DNA of 64,000 nucleotides from the NCBI GenBank assembly GCA_947479455.1, contig CANJZE010000002.1:98222-162221 (forward strand), in the 5' to 3' direction. The stretch is from Bacteroidota bacterium. GTDB taxonomy: Bacteria; Bacteroidota; Bacteroidia; Chitinophagales; LD1. Each line of letters begins with the position of its first letter. Positions within the stretch are counted from its first letter, which is position 1. A model generated the notes under the pieces. The model made no database searches, had not been told where the DNA came from, and saw only the letters and a program-made list of their open reading frames with translations. Shown piece by piece: positions 53,053 to 63,287 of the stretch. The position numbers and the translations under genes were made by a program.

Positions 53053-55419
53053 ATGCGCTGCGTTGCATTTCTTTTTTTAATTCTTCTTGTTTCATCCAAC
53101 ACTAAAGCGCAGTCTTTTACAAAAAACATAAAAGGAAAAATTACTGATAAAGACAGCAAACAACCTTTAGCAGGCGTGAATGTATTGGTTATTAATTCTA
53201 ATCCCGTGCAAGGTGCTATTTCTGATGTGGATGGAAATTTCAGGATTGAAAATATTTCGGTTGGTCGTCACAATCTCAAGTTTACGTACCTAGGTTACGA
53301 AGATGCGACCATCAATGAAGTACTGGTAAGCACGGGCAAAGAAATATTTGTGACCATTGAAATGCAAGAGAAAATTACGAAGATGAACGAAGTAGAAATT
53401 ACTTATGCACGCGACAAATCAAAAGCGAATAATGATTTTGCTCCCATAAGCGCCCGTTCTTTTTCGTCAGAAGAAATGAACCGATATGCCGGCACACAAA
53501 ACGACCCTGCACGCATGGCGCAAAGTTTTGCCGGAGTAGTTACAGCTAACGATGAAAACAATCAGATTGTGGTACGTGGAAATTCGCCACGCGGTTTGCT
53601 TTGGCGCATGGAGGGAATTGAAATTCCAAATCCAAATCACTTTGCCGGAAGTGAAGGTTCAACGGGAGGCGGTGTGAGTATTCTTTCATCGAACATGCTA
53701 ACCAATACTGATTTTTATTCCGGTGCTTTTGCTGCTGAATACGGTAATGCGCTGTCGGGAGTTTTTGATATGAATTTGCGAAAAGGCAATTCTGAAAAAT
53801 GGGAGTTTGCTTTAAAGGTGGGTGTGTTAGGTGCCGAGACAACACTAGAAGGACCATTCAGTAAAAAATATAAAGGTTCTTATCTAATCAATTACCGCTA
53901 TTCAACGCTCGAACTTTTTGCATTGCTGGGTTTTAAAATTGGCGGCAACGTAACTCCGAAGTATCAGGATTTGTGTTTCAATTTTTATTTCCCCACTAAA
54001 AAAATAGGAACGTTCACCGTTTTTGGAATTGGCGGTATGAGCAGTCTGGGTGATTTCGCAAAACACGATTCGTCTTCGTGGAAAACACTTTCCGATAAAA
54101 GTGAGTTCGCACAAAAACAAATGATGGGTGTTACTGGTCTTACTCATTTGCTATTGCTGAAAGACAACCGAACGTATGTGAAAACTACACTTAGTTATAG
54201 TTGCACCAACAATACCAGTACAGACGATACGCTTGATTACAATTTCAAAAAATTCAACATCAACGACCAAAAATTTATTTACAAAACATTTCGCGGAGCA
54301 ATGATGATGAATTCGAAACTGGATGTGATGAATACTATTCGTGTGGGTGTTGTTTACAGCAACATTGACTACAAACTTTACAGTGAATCCTTTTCTTATC
54401 TCCACCTCAAAACAGAAACACAAGTAAAAAACACAGGCAACACTTCAATGTTGCAGGCATACGCGCAATGGAAACACAGATTCACCGAACGCTTTCAGCT
54501 GAATACCGGAGTTCATTTTCTTTTCTCTTTTCTAAACAATAAATTTTATGCAGAGCCCCGCATGAGTGGCGAATGGCGCGTGAAAGAAAACAACACCCTT
54601 AGTTTTGGTGTGGGATTGCACAGTAGAGTGGATGCCGTAAGCACTTATGTTTCGTATGCGGGTAACGCTATACAAAATAATTTTCCGAATAAGAATCTTG
54701 ATTTTTCGCGCGCGTTGCATGTAGTGGCCGGGTATAATTTGAATTTCAAAAAAGATTTTCGTTTTAAAACCGAAGCCTACGTTCAATATCTTTTCAGTAT
54801 TCCTATTGGAACAGATTCTGCTAACAGAACTTTCTCTATTGTAAATTACGATGATGGTTTTGTAAACATACCCTTACAAAATAAAGGATTGGGTAACAAC
54901 TATGGAATAGAAATTACGTTGGAGAAATACTTTTCCAAAAATTATTTTTTCATGTTCACCACTTCGCTTTTCAATTCTAAATATAAAGGTCTTGATAATG
55001 TTTGGCGAAATACCACTTACAATGTAAACTATGTTGTAAATGCCTTAGGAGGAAAAGAATTTGTGGTAGGGAAAAAGAGGAACAACAGCATTGGTGTAAA
55101 CGCAAAAATTATTTGGCGCGGAGGCAACCGTATAACCCCCATTGATTTAGAAAAATCTATTGCGGCTGATGAAACTGTTTACAAAACCAATGAAGCATTT
55201 ACCGAAAAACTTCCCGATTATTTTCGTGTTGACTTTGGTGTAAGTTTCAGACGTAACAAGAAAAAATATTCCTGGGTGCTTGGCTTTGATGCACAAAACA
55301 TTATCAATCGTGAAAACGTGGCTTACAAACTTTACAACCCAGAGAAAAAAATGATTGTTACCAAAAAGAATCTAGGAATTGTTCCTGTGTTTAGTTGGAA
55401 GGTAGAGTTTGGAATTTAA
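53053..55419 (+). CDS. TonB-dependent receptor-like outer membrane protein with N-terminal carboxypeptidase-regulatory-like domain
   Basis: 788 aa with a signal peptide. CarbopepD_reg-like segment (KGKITDKDSKQPLAGVNVLV...DGNFRIENI). Plug-like segment (DPARMAQSFAGV...VVRGNSP). The C-terminus ends WKVEFGI as a beta-barrel. Confidence 0.8.
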   Translation: MRCVAFLFLILLVSSNTKAQSFTKNIKGKITDKDSKQPLAGVNVLVINSNPVQGAISDVDGNFRIENISVGRHNLKFTYLGYEDATINEVLVSTGKEIFVTIEMQEKITKMNEVEITYARDKSKANNDFAPISARSFSSEEMNRYAGTQNDPARMAQSFAGVVTANDENNQIVVRGNSPRGLLWRMEGIEIPNPNHFAGSEGSTGGGVSILSSNMLTNTDFYSGAFAAEYGNALSGVFDMNLRKGNSEKWEFALKVGVLGAETTLEGPFSKKYKGSYLINYRYSTLELFALLGFKIGGNVTPKYQDLCFNFYFPTKKIGTFTVFGIGGMSSLGDFAKHDSSSWKTLSDKSEFAQKQMMGVTGLTHLLLLKDNRTYVKTTLSYSCTNNTSTDDTLDYNFKKFNINDQKFIYKTFRGAMMMNSKLDVMNTIRVGVVYSNIDYKLYSESFSYLHLKTETQVKNTGNTSMLQAYAQWKHRFTERFQLNTGVHFLFSFLNNKFYAEPRMSGEWRVKENNTLSFGVGLHSRVDAVSTYVSYAGNAIQNNFPNKNLDFSRALHVVAGYNLNFKKDFRFKTEAYVQYLFSIPIGTDSANRTFSIVNYDDGFVNIPLQNKGLGNNYGIEITLEKYFSKNYFFMFTTSLFNSKYKGLDNVWRNTTYNVNYVVNALGGKEFVVGKKRNNSIGVNAKIIWRGGNRITPIDLEKSIAADETVYKTNEAFTEKLPDYFRVDFGVSFRRNKKKYSWVLGFDAQNIINRENVAYKLYNPEKKMIVTKKNLGIVPVFSWKVEFGI

Positions 55420-55559
55420 ATTTGGAAGTCATACTCAGGATAAATCAAATTAATACTTGCTCACAACGATATGAATTGCTCTAGGTTGATTTTTCTGAAA
55501 TTTTTACACTTCCTTACAATTTTTCTTGTACGGCAAATTGAATGTAAATTTTAGCCCCA

Positions 55560-56514
55560 ATGCTCAACCCAAAAATATCCTTCGTAGTTCCATTATATAA
55601 CGAGCAAGAAAGTTTTTCTGTTTTAATAGAACGATTGAACAAGCTGATGGAAAGTTGTGCCTCGTTAACCTTTGAAGTAGTGATGGTGAACGATGGCTCA
55701 AAAGATAGAACCGCTGTGTTAATGCAGGTAAACGCTTTGAACGATGAACGATATCATTGTGTTTTTCTTTAAAGTTGATTTTGGTCATCAACTCCGGTTG
55801 AGCACAGGACTTTCAGTAGCGCGCGGAACTGAAGCGGTGATGTGCATTGATGGCGATTTGCAAGACCCGCCTGAATTGTTTACTGCATTTTACAAACTTT
55901 TTAAAGAAGGAAATGAGGTAGTTTATGCTGTGCGAAAAAACCGAAAAGAAAATTGGTTCAAAAAATCGGCTTACCATTTTTATTACCGACTGCTCAAAAA
56001 TATTTCGATCGTAGATGTGAGTTTAGACAGTGGCGATTTTGCTTTGCTCAGTCGAAAAGTGGTAGACATTATGAATCAACTCCCGGAGGAAAGCAAATAC
56101 CTGCGTGGTTTGCGCTCGTGGGTAGGGTTTCAACAAACCAGTTTTGAATATGATAGAACGGAGCGCGCTGCGGGCGAAACAAAATATTCTTTTGGTATGC
56201 TTTATCGCTTAGCCTACAATGGCATTTTTAATTTCAGCGATTTTCCTGTAAAGTTTATCACCAATATGGGAATTGCCACCGTACTCATTTCACTTTCTTA
56301 TTTCATCTACACCATCGTAAAACGATTTGTATTTCCTGTTCCGGTGGTAGAAGGATTTACAGGTTTGCTTTTCACGATCATCCTTTTCAGCGGTGTGCAA
56401 TTAATATCGCTCGGAATTATTGGTGAGTATGTGCTGCGTATTTTCTTTCAGGTAAAAGGGCGACCGCTCTTTATTATTAAGAACAGAATAGTTGACAAAA
56501 AAATTGTGGAGTAG
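55560..56514 (+). pseudogene. family 2 glycosyltransferase (DPM1/ArnC-like) interrupted by a +1-nt frameshift near 55768-55773
   Basis: ORF 55560..55772 encodes the GT2 N-terminus (ISFVVPLYNEQES...VNDGSKDRT...YHCVFL*). The frame from 55744 continues with FGHQ...DGDLQDPPE and two C-terminal TM helices. The junction is CTT-T-AAA-GTT. Confidence 0.75.
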
Positions 56515-56521
56515 CCTTCAT

Positions 56522-56560
56522 AAAAAAAAGCGGATAGCCATTGAGCCATCCGCTTTTTTT
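56522..56560. terminator. bidirectional intrinsic terminator between the GT2 gene and the giant adhesin gene
   Basis: A8, then GCGGATAGC-CATTGA-GCCATCCGC, then T7. Confidence 0.75.
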
Positions 56561-56581
56561 ATTTCCTCAAATAAAATTTTA

Positions 56582-59500
56582 CTAACGCAGCAAACTAAAA
56601 GCGCCTTGCAACTTCACATCCTTCGTAGTTCCCGGATGATCAATATCGGGTGTGCGTACAATCAAGTAGTAAGCGTAAGTACCGGCAGGTTGATCTTTAT
56701 TATCAATCTTTCCGTTCCAAGGTGTTACATCGCCATGCACGTTTTGTCCCCAACGATTGTAAATTCTAAAATCAATAACCGTTTGGTAAATGCTGAATAA
56801 AACCGGATAGAAGAAATCATTTCGTCCATCACCATTTGGAGTAAAAGCATTGGGCACCGAAACTACATTTGGATAAACCACATACACAATCGCTTCTGCG
56901 GTATCTAAACAACCAAACTCATCATCGCGCACTATTACAGTATAAGTCGTTTGCTCTTCGGGCGAAGCCATAGGATTAGGAATAGTGGTATTGTTCAACC
57001 CAGCCGATGGTGTCCACACATAACTCAAGCCGTTGAGGTAATCGGTTGTTACATTCAATTGAGTTGAATCGTTAAAAATAATTGTATCAGGCACTGCACC
57101 CGCGCTTGCATTTATACATTTTATGGTTACCGAGTTACCTATAGTGGCTGTGCAACCAAACGAGTTAGTAGCAGTTACTGAATATAATTCAGTCAAATTA
57201 TTTGTTGAAGTAATGGTAAGTGTAGAATCGCCCGAATCATCGCTCCATAAATAAGTATAGCCGCTTCCCGGTGCAGGATTCAACACCACAGTTTGGCAAC
57301 AACTAACCACCGGCTGTAATTGAATTACCGGAGTATCGGCTGCTGCAATGTTGATAGAAGCAGAAGCAGAACAATTACCCAACGAAGCCACTACTGAATA
57401 AATTCCGGCTTGCGAAACCAAAATTGTATTGGTAGTTGCTCCTCCTAAACTCCACACATAACCAATGCCCGCCACACTTCCTGCATCGAGCGTGCTCGCA
57501 CTTTGTCCCACACAAATACTTGGCGGTGAAGCCGTAATTACCGGAGTGGGATAAGGCGTATTGGTAACCAAGGCACTGTCTGATGAAACTGCGCAACCGT
57601 TGGCATCAGTAGCGGTGTAGTAATAATAGCCGGTATCATTTACCGAAATAATAACTCCTGTTGATGTGTTATTCCAAACAATGTTAGTCAATCCGCCATC
57701 GGCATTTATGTTCACTTGTTGGCCTGCACAAACGGTAGTATCGTTATGTGCCAGCGCATTTGTGGTTCCAAAATTTGAAAGTATAAAAGTGTCCGATACA
57801 TAAATACAGTTACCATCACTTACGGTTACAGAATAATTTCCGGCAGTTGTAACAGTAATAGTAGCAGTAGTAGAAGTATTACTCCAATTCGAAGAGAAAT
57901 AAGGAGCTCCACTTGGCGAAACAGTAATTGATGTTCCAGCGCAAACAGTAGTATCGTTATTAAGCAACACTGGGGCATGTGTATTTTGAAAAATTTCTAT
58001 CGTGTCGGCATTCATACAACTTCCTGCACTTACTTGCACAATGTAAACTCCCGCAGCAGAAACAGTGATGGTAGAAGTGATTTCATTCGTAGGTAACCAT
58101 AAATAAGTTAATCCGCTTGCTGCACCCGAGCTCAATTGCGAAGTTCCACCAACGCATAAAATAGTATCGGGGAGAGCCGTTGCATTTACTGCGGGTGGGT
58201 TTACAAAATTGACAAATGCAGTATCTGATGCTGCAGGGCAACCGTTGAAATCGGTAGAAGTGTAAGAGTAACTACCGGAAGTTGTAACAGAAATTGTAAA
58301 CGAATTTGAACCTGTGTTCCAAGTCACAAAATCTAAACCAGGTTCTGAATTAAGATCAACCGTTTGTCCTGAGCACAAGGTAGTATCATCATAAGCATGC
58401 AAAATAGTTACTGGAAAATTTGAAAGCGTGAATGTGTCTGAAGTGTAAGTGCAAATTCCATCGTTCACTACTACCCAGTAATCGCCAACATTATGGGCAA
58501 CAATAGTGGAAGTAATTTCAGTGGTGTTCCATACATACGAAATCCATGTTCCCGAAACTGAAACCGTAGCCGAATCACCTAAACAAACCGATACATCGCC
58601 ACTCACCACCGGTGCTGTGTAAGGATATTCATAAACGGTTACAGTATCAAAAGTAGCGCAGTAACCATCACGCACTCTTACAATATAATCGCCAGCTGCT
58701 GTGGCTGTAATAGTTGAAGTAGTTTCGTTTGTAGGGGTCCACAAATAATCTAATCCCGAAACTGCACCTGAACTAAGTGTTGAACTTCCACCCTGCGCGC
58801 AAATAGTATCAGGACTCGCGGTTGCATTTATCAGAGGTGGCGTGCCAACCGAAACCGTAGAGGTATCAGAAACGACTGAACATCCGTTTGCATCTGTAGC
58901 CGTGTATGAATAATCACCGGCTGCATCTACCACAATCGAAAAACCCTGACCTCCATTGCTCCAAACAATATTGGTAAAGCCGTTTTGTGCAGTTAAAACA
59001 ATTGTTTCACCCAAACAGAATCCTGTATCGGGTAACGAAGCCGTAGATGGAGGGAATAGTGAAAGTGTAAACGTATCACTGTTGTAAGAACAATTACCAT
59101 CATTCACTGTTACCCAATAACTTCCAATTGCATTCACATCTATAGTAGAAGTGGTTTCGGTTGTGTTCCATAAATACGAAACAAAACCACTTGGATTAGT
59201 TACCACTGTCATGGTACTCACCACACAAACGGAAGTATCGTTATTTAAAGTGACGGGGACATTCGGATATTGATAAAGTTCTATGGTATCGCGTGAAGAA
59301 CAGAAAGCGTCTGTCACTTCAACCATGTAAGTTCCTGCAATGGTGACTGTAATGGATGAAGTGGTTTCGTTCGTTGGTGTCCATAAATAATTTAATCCTG
59401 AAAGTGCTCCTGAATTTAAAGTTGAGCTTGCTCCCAAACAAATGGTATCGGGGCTTGCAGTAGCATTTACCAAAGGTGGATTCGCGAGAGTAACGGTTGC

Positions 59501-61516
59501 GGTATCTGAAGCTGTAGGGCAACCGTTCAAATCTAAAGCGGTGTAATAAAAAGTTCCATTGCCAGAAACTGAAATTGAATTTGTATTTGCTCCGGTATTC
59601 CAAACTACATTGGTAAATCCGGCATCTGCCGCTAGCGTAATCGATTGGCCGGGACACATTCCTGTATCTGCTAATGTTGGATAAGTAGTTGTATAGAAAT
59701 GAATGTTCACCGTGTTCGATACAGCATCGCACACACCGTTGTTCACCGTTACACTAAACGCTCCATCAGCGGAAACCGATAACGTGGGATTGGTTGAACC
59801 ATCGGACCATAAGTAAGTTATATATGGACCCCCGGCAACGCTCAGCACATAAGGCGATTGGCCAGCACAAAGATTTTGGTCGGTGCCAATTGAAACCACA
59901 GGACCAATGACTGCTACCACGGTTACCGAAGCTGTAGCGGTACAAGTAGTTTGATCGGTTACAGTTACTGTGTAAGTAGTAATTGCAGTTGGTGTAGCTG
60001 TTGGATTTGAAATAGTAGAATTAGAAGTTCCTGCTGACCATCCATAAGTATATCCGGGAGTTCCACCACTAGCAGCCGCATCTAATTGAACTGTTGTGCC
60101 TACACATACATCGGTATTTGGAGTTACTGACGCCACCACTGAAGGACTTGGCTGAACATTTACTGTAACTGAATTTGAAGCAGTGCAAACTCCTGTGGTT
60201 ACCGTTACCGTATAAGTTTGCGTTGCCGAAACCGTAGCCGTTGTAGTTGCAGCAGTAGGATTTGTTACGCCATTTGTTGGAGACCACGAATAAGTATTTC
60301 CTACAACGCCTCCGCTCACTGATAAAGAAGTAGTTGAATTCGGACAAATAGGATTTGGATTTGCCGATGCTGTTGTAACAGGAACATCATTAATATTCAA
60401 TGTAGCAGTTGAATACACAGTTCCATCACATGGATTGAGAATAGTCAATGTTACTGTTTCCTGACCTTCGGTCAATCCATCTTGTGTAGGAATTAAATTG
60501 ACCGTAGCCGAAGTTCCACCAATAGGAATGGTAACGCTCCCTGGTAAGTTTGTGTAGTCAGTTCCGTTAGTAGCAGTTCCTGAAAGTGTAAAGTTAACGG
60601 TTGTATTTGCAGTAGCTGCTACAGGTAGTGTAATGGTAAATGTTCCATTTACACAACCTTCATAGGTGCTTGAATAACCTGGTGTACTAACTGCCGCTGT
60701 TACACTAGTTCCCTGTGATACAAAAGAATTTCCTTCAAGAAAAACGCCTGAATCGTAAGCGCCATCTCCCACATCGGCTATCGCCAATTTCAAGTGATAT
60801 GTTTGACAAGGAATTACATTTGCTTGTGCCGTGAACACAGTCGTCCATCCATCGTATTGAACTTGCGCGCCTCCGGTGTTATCATGATAGTACGAAGAAT
60901 AACCTAATGAAGTACAGGTTCCCCCTCCTGAATTTGCTCCTGCCACACCCGGATTAACTGTATTAATTGCAACATATAATCCGGTACTAGGAATCAAGGC
61001 AATATTGTTGTTGGTATAATTTCCTCCACCGGGGTTTGGTCCGGTAATAAAAAATGCGAACACATCATTAAAGTTCGAACAAACATATTCGGGATATTCT
61101 TCGGAACCCATTACATAACTGAAACTCATATTGTTTCCAATGGGAACCACATCAAATTCCAACACGCAAGCATCTTGCGAAGAGTTAGGCGTAGTTAAAG
61201 CATCAAGGTCCACATCTCCTCCAGTTCCGTTGGCGGTGCCTACACTCGGTGCGGTGTTAGGTCCTACTGCATTGGCAACTTGCCCCGAGGTAAGCATTAT
61301 ACCCGTACTAAGATTAAGTGGAGTTGCTACTGAAGTGTAAGTGCCGCAAGCATTTGCTGCACAATTCAAATTTACGTTAGTCACTGTAACGCCATTGCCT
61401 GCAAGAATTTGCGCCAGGTTATTGCCATTGTTATTTCCTGCCACTGTAAGCTGCGCTTGAGTTACTGTGATACAAAAAAATAAAATAGTAAAAAAGGAGA
61501 GTAGCTTTTTAATCAT
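56582..61516 (-). CDS. giant surface protein: choice-of-anchor-L domain, many Ig-like domains, type B T9SS C-terminal domain
   Basis: 1644 aa with a signal peptide. N-domain: DVDLDAL...DACVLEFDVVP...SEEYPEY...NDVFAFFITG...DGWTT...HLKLAIADVGDGAYDSGVFLEGNSF. C-terminus: VPNAFTPNGDGRNDFFYP...IYNRWGQ...GTYAYY. Confidence 0.88.
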   Translation of the reverse strand: MIKKLLSFFTILFFCITVTQAQLTVAGNNNGNNLAQILAGNGVTVTNVNLNCAANACGTYTSVATPLNLSTGIMLTSGQVANAVGPNTAPSVGTANGTGGDVDLDALTTPNSSQDACVLEFDVVPIGNNMSFSYVMGSEEYPEYVCSNFNDVFAFFITGPNPGGGNYTNNNIALIPSTGLYVAINTVNPGVAGANSGGGTCTSLGYSSYYHDNTGGAQVQYDGWTTVFTAQANVIPCQTYHLKLAIADVGDGAYDSGVFLEGNSFVSQGTSVTAAVSTPGYSSTYEGCVNGTFTITLPVAATANTTVNFTLSGTATNGTDYTNLPGSVTIPIGGTSATVNLIPTQDGLTEGQETVTLTILNPCDGTVYSTATLNINDVPVTTASANPNPICPNSTTSLSVSGGVVGNTYSWSPTNGVTNPTAATTTATVSATQTYTVTVTTGVCTASNSVTVNVQPSPSVVASVTPNTDVCVGTTVQLDAAASGGTPGYTYGWSAGTSNSTISNPTATPTAITTYTVTVTDQTTCTATASVTVVAVIGPVVSIGTDQNLCAGQSPYVLSVAGGPYITYLWSDGSTNPTLSVSADGAFSVTVNNGVCDAVSNTVNIHFYTTTYPTLADTGMCPGQSITLAADAGFTNVVWNTGANTNSISVSGNGTFYYTALDLNGCPTASDTATVTLANPPLVNATASPDTICLGASSTLNSGALSGLNYLWTPTNETTSSITVTIAGTYMVEVTDAFCSSRDTIELYQYPNVPVTLNNDTSVCVVSTMTVVTNPSGFVSYLWNTTETTSTIDVNAIGSYWVTVNDGNCSYNSDTFTLSLFPPSTASLPDTGFCLGETIVLTAQNGFTNIVWSNGGQGFSIVVDAAGDYSYTATDANGCSVVSDTSTVSVGTPPLINATASPDTICAQGGSSTLSSGAVSGLDYLWTPTNETTSTITATAAGDYIVRVRDGYCATFDTVTVYEYPYTAPVVSGDVSVCLGDSATVSVSGTWISYVWNTTEITSTIVAHNVGDYWVVVNDGICTYTSDTFTLSNFPVTILHAYDDTTLCSGQTVDLNSEPGLDFVTWNTGSNSFTISVTTSGSYSYTSTDFNGCPAASDTAFVNFVNPPAVNATALPDTILCVGGTSQLSSGAASGLTYLWLPTNEITSTITVSAAGVYIVQVSAGSCMNADTIEIFQNTHAPVLLNNDTTVCAGTSITVSPSGAPYFSSNWSNTSTTATITVTTAGNYSVTVSDGNCIYVSDTFILSNFGTTNALAHNDTTVCAGQQVNINADGGLTNIVWNNTSTGVIISVNDTGYYYYTATDANGCAVSSDSALVTNTPYPTPVITASPPSICVGQSASTLDAGSVAGIGYVWSLGGATTNTILVSQAGIYSVVASLGNCSASASINIAAADTPVIQLQPVVSCCQTVVLNPAPGSGYTYLWSDDSGDSTLTITSTNNLTELYSVTATNSFGCTATIGNSVTIKCINASAGAVPDTIIFNDSTQLNVTTDYLNGLSYVWTPSAGLNNTTIPNPMASPEEQTTYTVIVRDDEFGCLDTAEAIVYVVYPNVVSVPNAFTPNGDGRNDFFYPVLFSIYQTVIDFRIYNRWGQNVHGDVTPWNGKIDNKDQPAGTYAYYLIVRTPDIDHPGTTKDVKLQGAFSLLR
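57560..59680 (-). repeat. intragenic tandem super-repeat, ~635-650 bp period (three Ig-like domains per unit), three full units plus a partial fourth
   Basis: The landmark PPL(V/I)NATA(S/L)PDTI...LWTPTNE(T/I)TS(S/T)IT recurs at about 59480, 58850 and 58200. The unit-start motif DTG.C.G / DDTT.C.G recurs at about 59675, 59040, 58400 and 57760. Confidence 0.8.
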
Positions 61517-61579
61517 ATCGCTTTTATTTTGAAAGGGAACAAAAGTAGCAGGAAATGCGAAAAATTATTCCTTCAAAAA

Positions 61580-63238
61580 TCAGGCAACCAGTTCTCTTGC
61601 ATTGGCTAACGCGGCATCGGTAGGTTTTTCGCCACTAAGCATTTTTGCAATTTCAAGAATGCGCTCCTCTCCTTGCAATTCTTTAATGCGCGTAAAGGTT
61701 TTTCCTGCGGTAGTTTCTTTGTAAATGTAGAGATGAGAATCTGCGGTTCTTGCAATTTGCGGAAGGTGCGTAATAGAAATAAGTTGATGATTGCGCGAAA
61801 GCGTTTTCATAATCTCCCCAACCTTAAACGCCACTTCACCAGAGATACCTGCATCAATTTCATCGAACAACATAGTAGGCAATGCAGCAGAATCTGCCAT
61901 CAGTGATTTAATGCAAAGCATTAAACGAGAGAGTTCGCCACCACTCGCCACTTCTTTTATTTCGAGAGGTGCAAATCCTTTATTGGCGGAGAAGAGAAAT
62001 TTAATTTCAGATAATCCGTTTTGATTGAGATGCTCTGGAACATGTTTTCTTATGTCTACTTTGAACGAAGCATTCGGCATTCCAACTTTAGTCAGAAGAA
62101 CTACCACATTATTTTGAAACTCGCGCAAAACTTTTTCACGCGAAGCGTGCAATTGGTCGGCAAGTGAAATCAATTCTTTGAATTGTTTTTCTAGTGCTTG
62201 TTTCAATTCTTCAATTTGATTAGAGTTGTTGCTTACCGAATTTACTTTCTCTTCAATATCGTTTTGAATTTTCAATAACTCTTCGGTGGTAGAAACGTTG
62301 TGCTTCTTTTGCAAACGATAAATAAGGTTCAATCGTGCATTCACTTCTTCTAATCGTTCAGGGTCAAGTGCAGTACTTTCCTGAATAGAATCAAACTCAT
62401 TTGAAATATCTTTGAGTTCTTCCTGCGTGCTGTGTATTCTTTCGGTGAGCGCAAGAATATCTTTATTCAAATTTTTTACACTCTTCAATTGACTTTGCAC
62501 TTCGTTCAATTGGTCAAGAATATTCAATTCGGCATTCGAAAGAATTTGCAATGCGGTTTGAAGCGCACGCTTAATTTCTTCCACATTGGTCAATGTGTTT
62601 TGCTCGGTTTCTAATTGCGGTTGTTCTTCGGCTCCAAGCTTTGCATCGCTTAATTCGCTGAGTTGGAAATTGAGATAATCTAATTCAGCTGTTGCAGTTT
62701 TATTTTCTCCTACTAATTGTTCGAGCAAATGAAACTGTTTCCTGTATTCGGTAAACAGTAATTTGTAATTAGTAATTAGAACTTGATTCTTTGCTAACGT
62801 GTCAATTACATTTAGCTGAAACCCCGCCTTCGTCAATTCCAATGTTTCATGTTGGTTATGCAGGTTCACGAGTTTCTCTCCAAGCTCTTTAAGCACATTC
62901 AACGTAACAGGTGTATCATTAATAAAGGCGCGCGATTTACCGCTTTGGTTTATTTCTCTACGAATAATCGTATGCGCTTCAAAATCCAATTCATGTTGAG
63001 TAAAAAAAGTTTTGAGTGAGTAACCCGTAATGTCAAAGTCAGCCTCCACAATACATTTCTCTTCGGCATTGTAAAGCACTTTAGTATCGGCACGGTCGCC
63101 TAAGATTAAACTGAGTGCACCGACAAGAATGGATTTACCCGCTCCGGTTTCACCGGTAATAATGTTCATGCGCTCGCAAAACTCAATATCGAGTTTATCA
63201 ATGATGGCGTAGTTGCGTATGGAAAGACGGTGAAGCAT
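61580..63238 (-). CDS. recN: DNA repair protein RecN
   Basis: 552 aa. N-terminal Walker A GETGAGKS, long coiled coil, and C-terminal ASGGELSRLML signature plus Walker B LFDEIDAG. Confidence 0.93.
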   Translation of the reverse strand: MLHRLSIRNYAIIDKLDIEFCERMNIITGETGAGKSILVGALSLILGDRADTKVLYNAEEKCIVEADFDITGYSLKTFFTQHELDFEAHTIIRREINQSGKSRAFINDTPVTLNVLKELGEKLVNLHNQHETLELTKAGFQLNVIDTLAKNQVLITNYKLLFTEYRKQFHLLEQLVGENKTATAELDYLNFQLSELSDAKLGAEEQPQLETEQNTLTNVEEIKRALQTALQILSNAELNILDQLNEVQSQLKSVKNLNKDILALTERIHSTQEELKDISNEFDSIQESTALDPERLEEVNARLNLIYRLQKKHNVSTTEELLKIQNDIEEKVNSVSNNSNQIEELKQALEKQFKELISLADQLHASREKVLREFQNNVVVLLTKVGMPNASFKVDIRKHVPEHLNQNGLSEIKFLFSANKGFAPLEIKEVASGGELSRLMLCIKSLMADSAALPTMLFDEIDAGISGEVAFKVGEIMKTLSRNHQLISITHLPQIARTADSHLYIYKETTAGKTFTRIKELQGEERILEIAKMLSGEKPTDAALANARELVA

Positions 63239-63287
63239 TTTTGATTGTGTTAGTGTGTTAACGTGTTTATGTGTTTATGTGCGCCTT

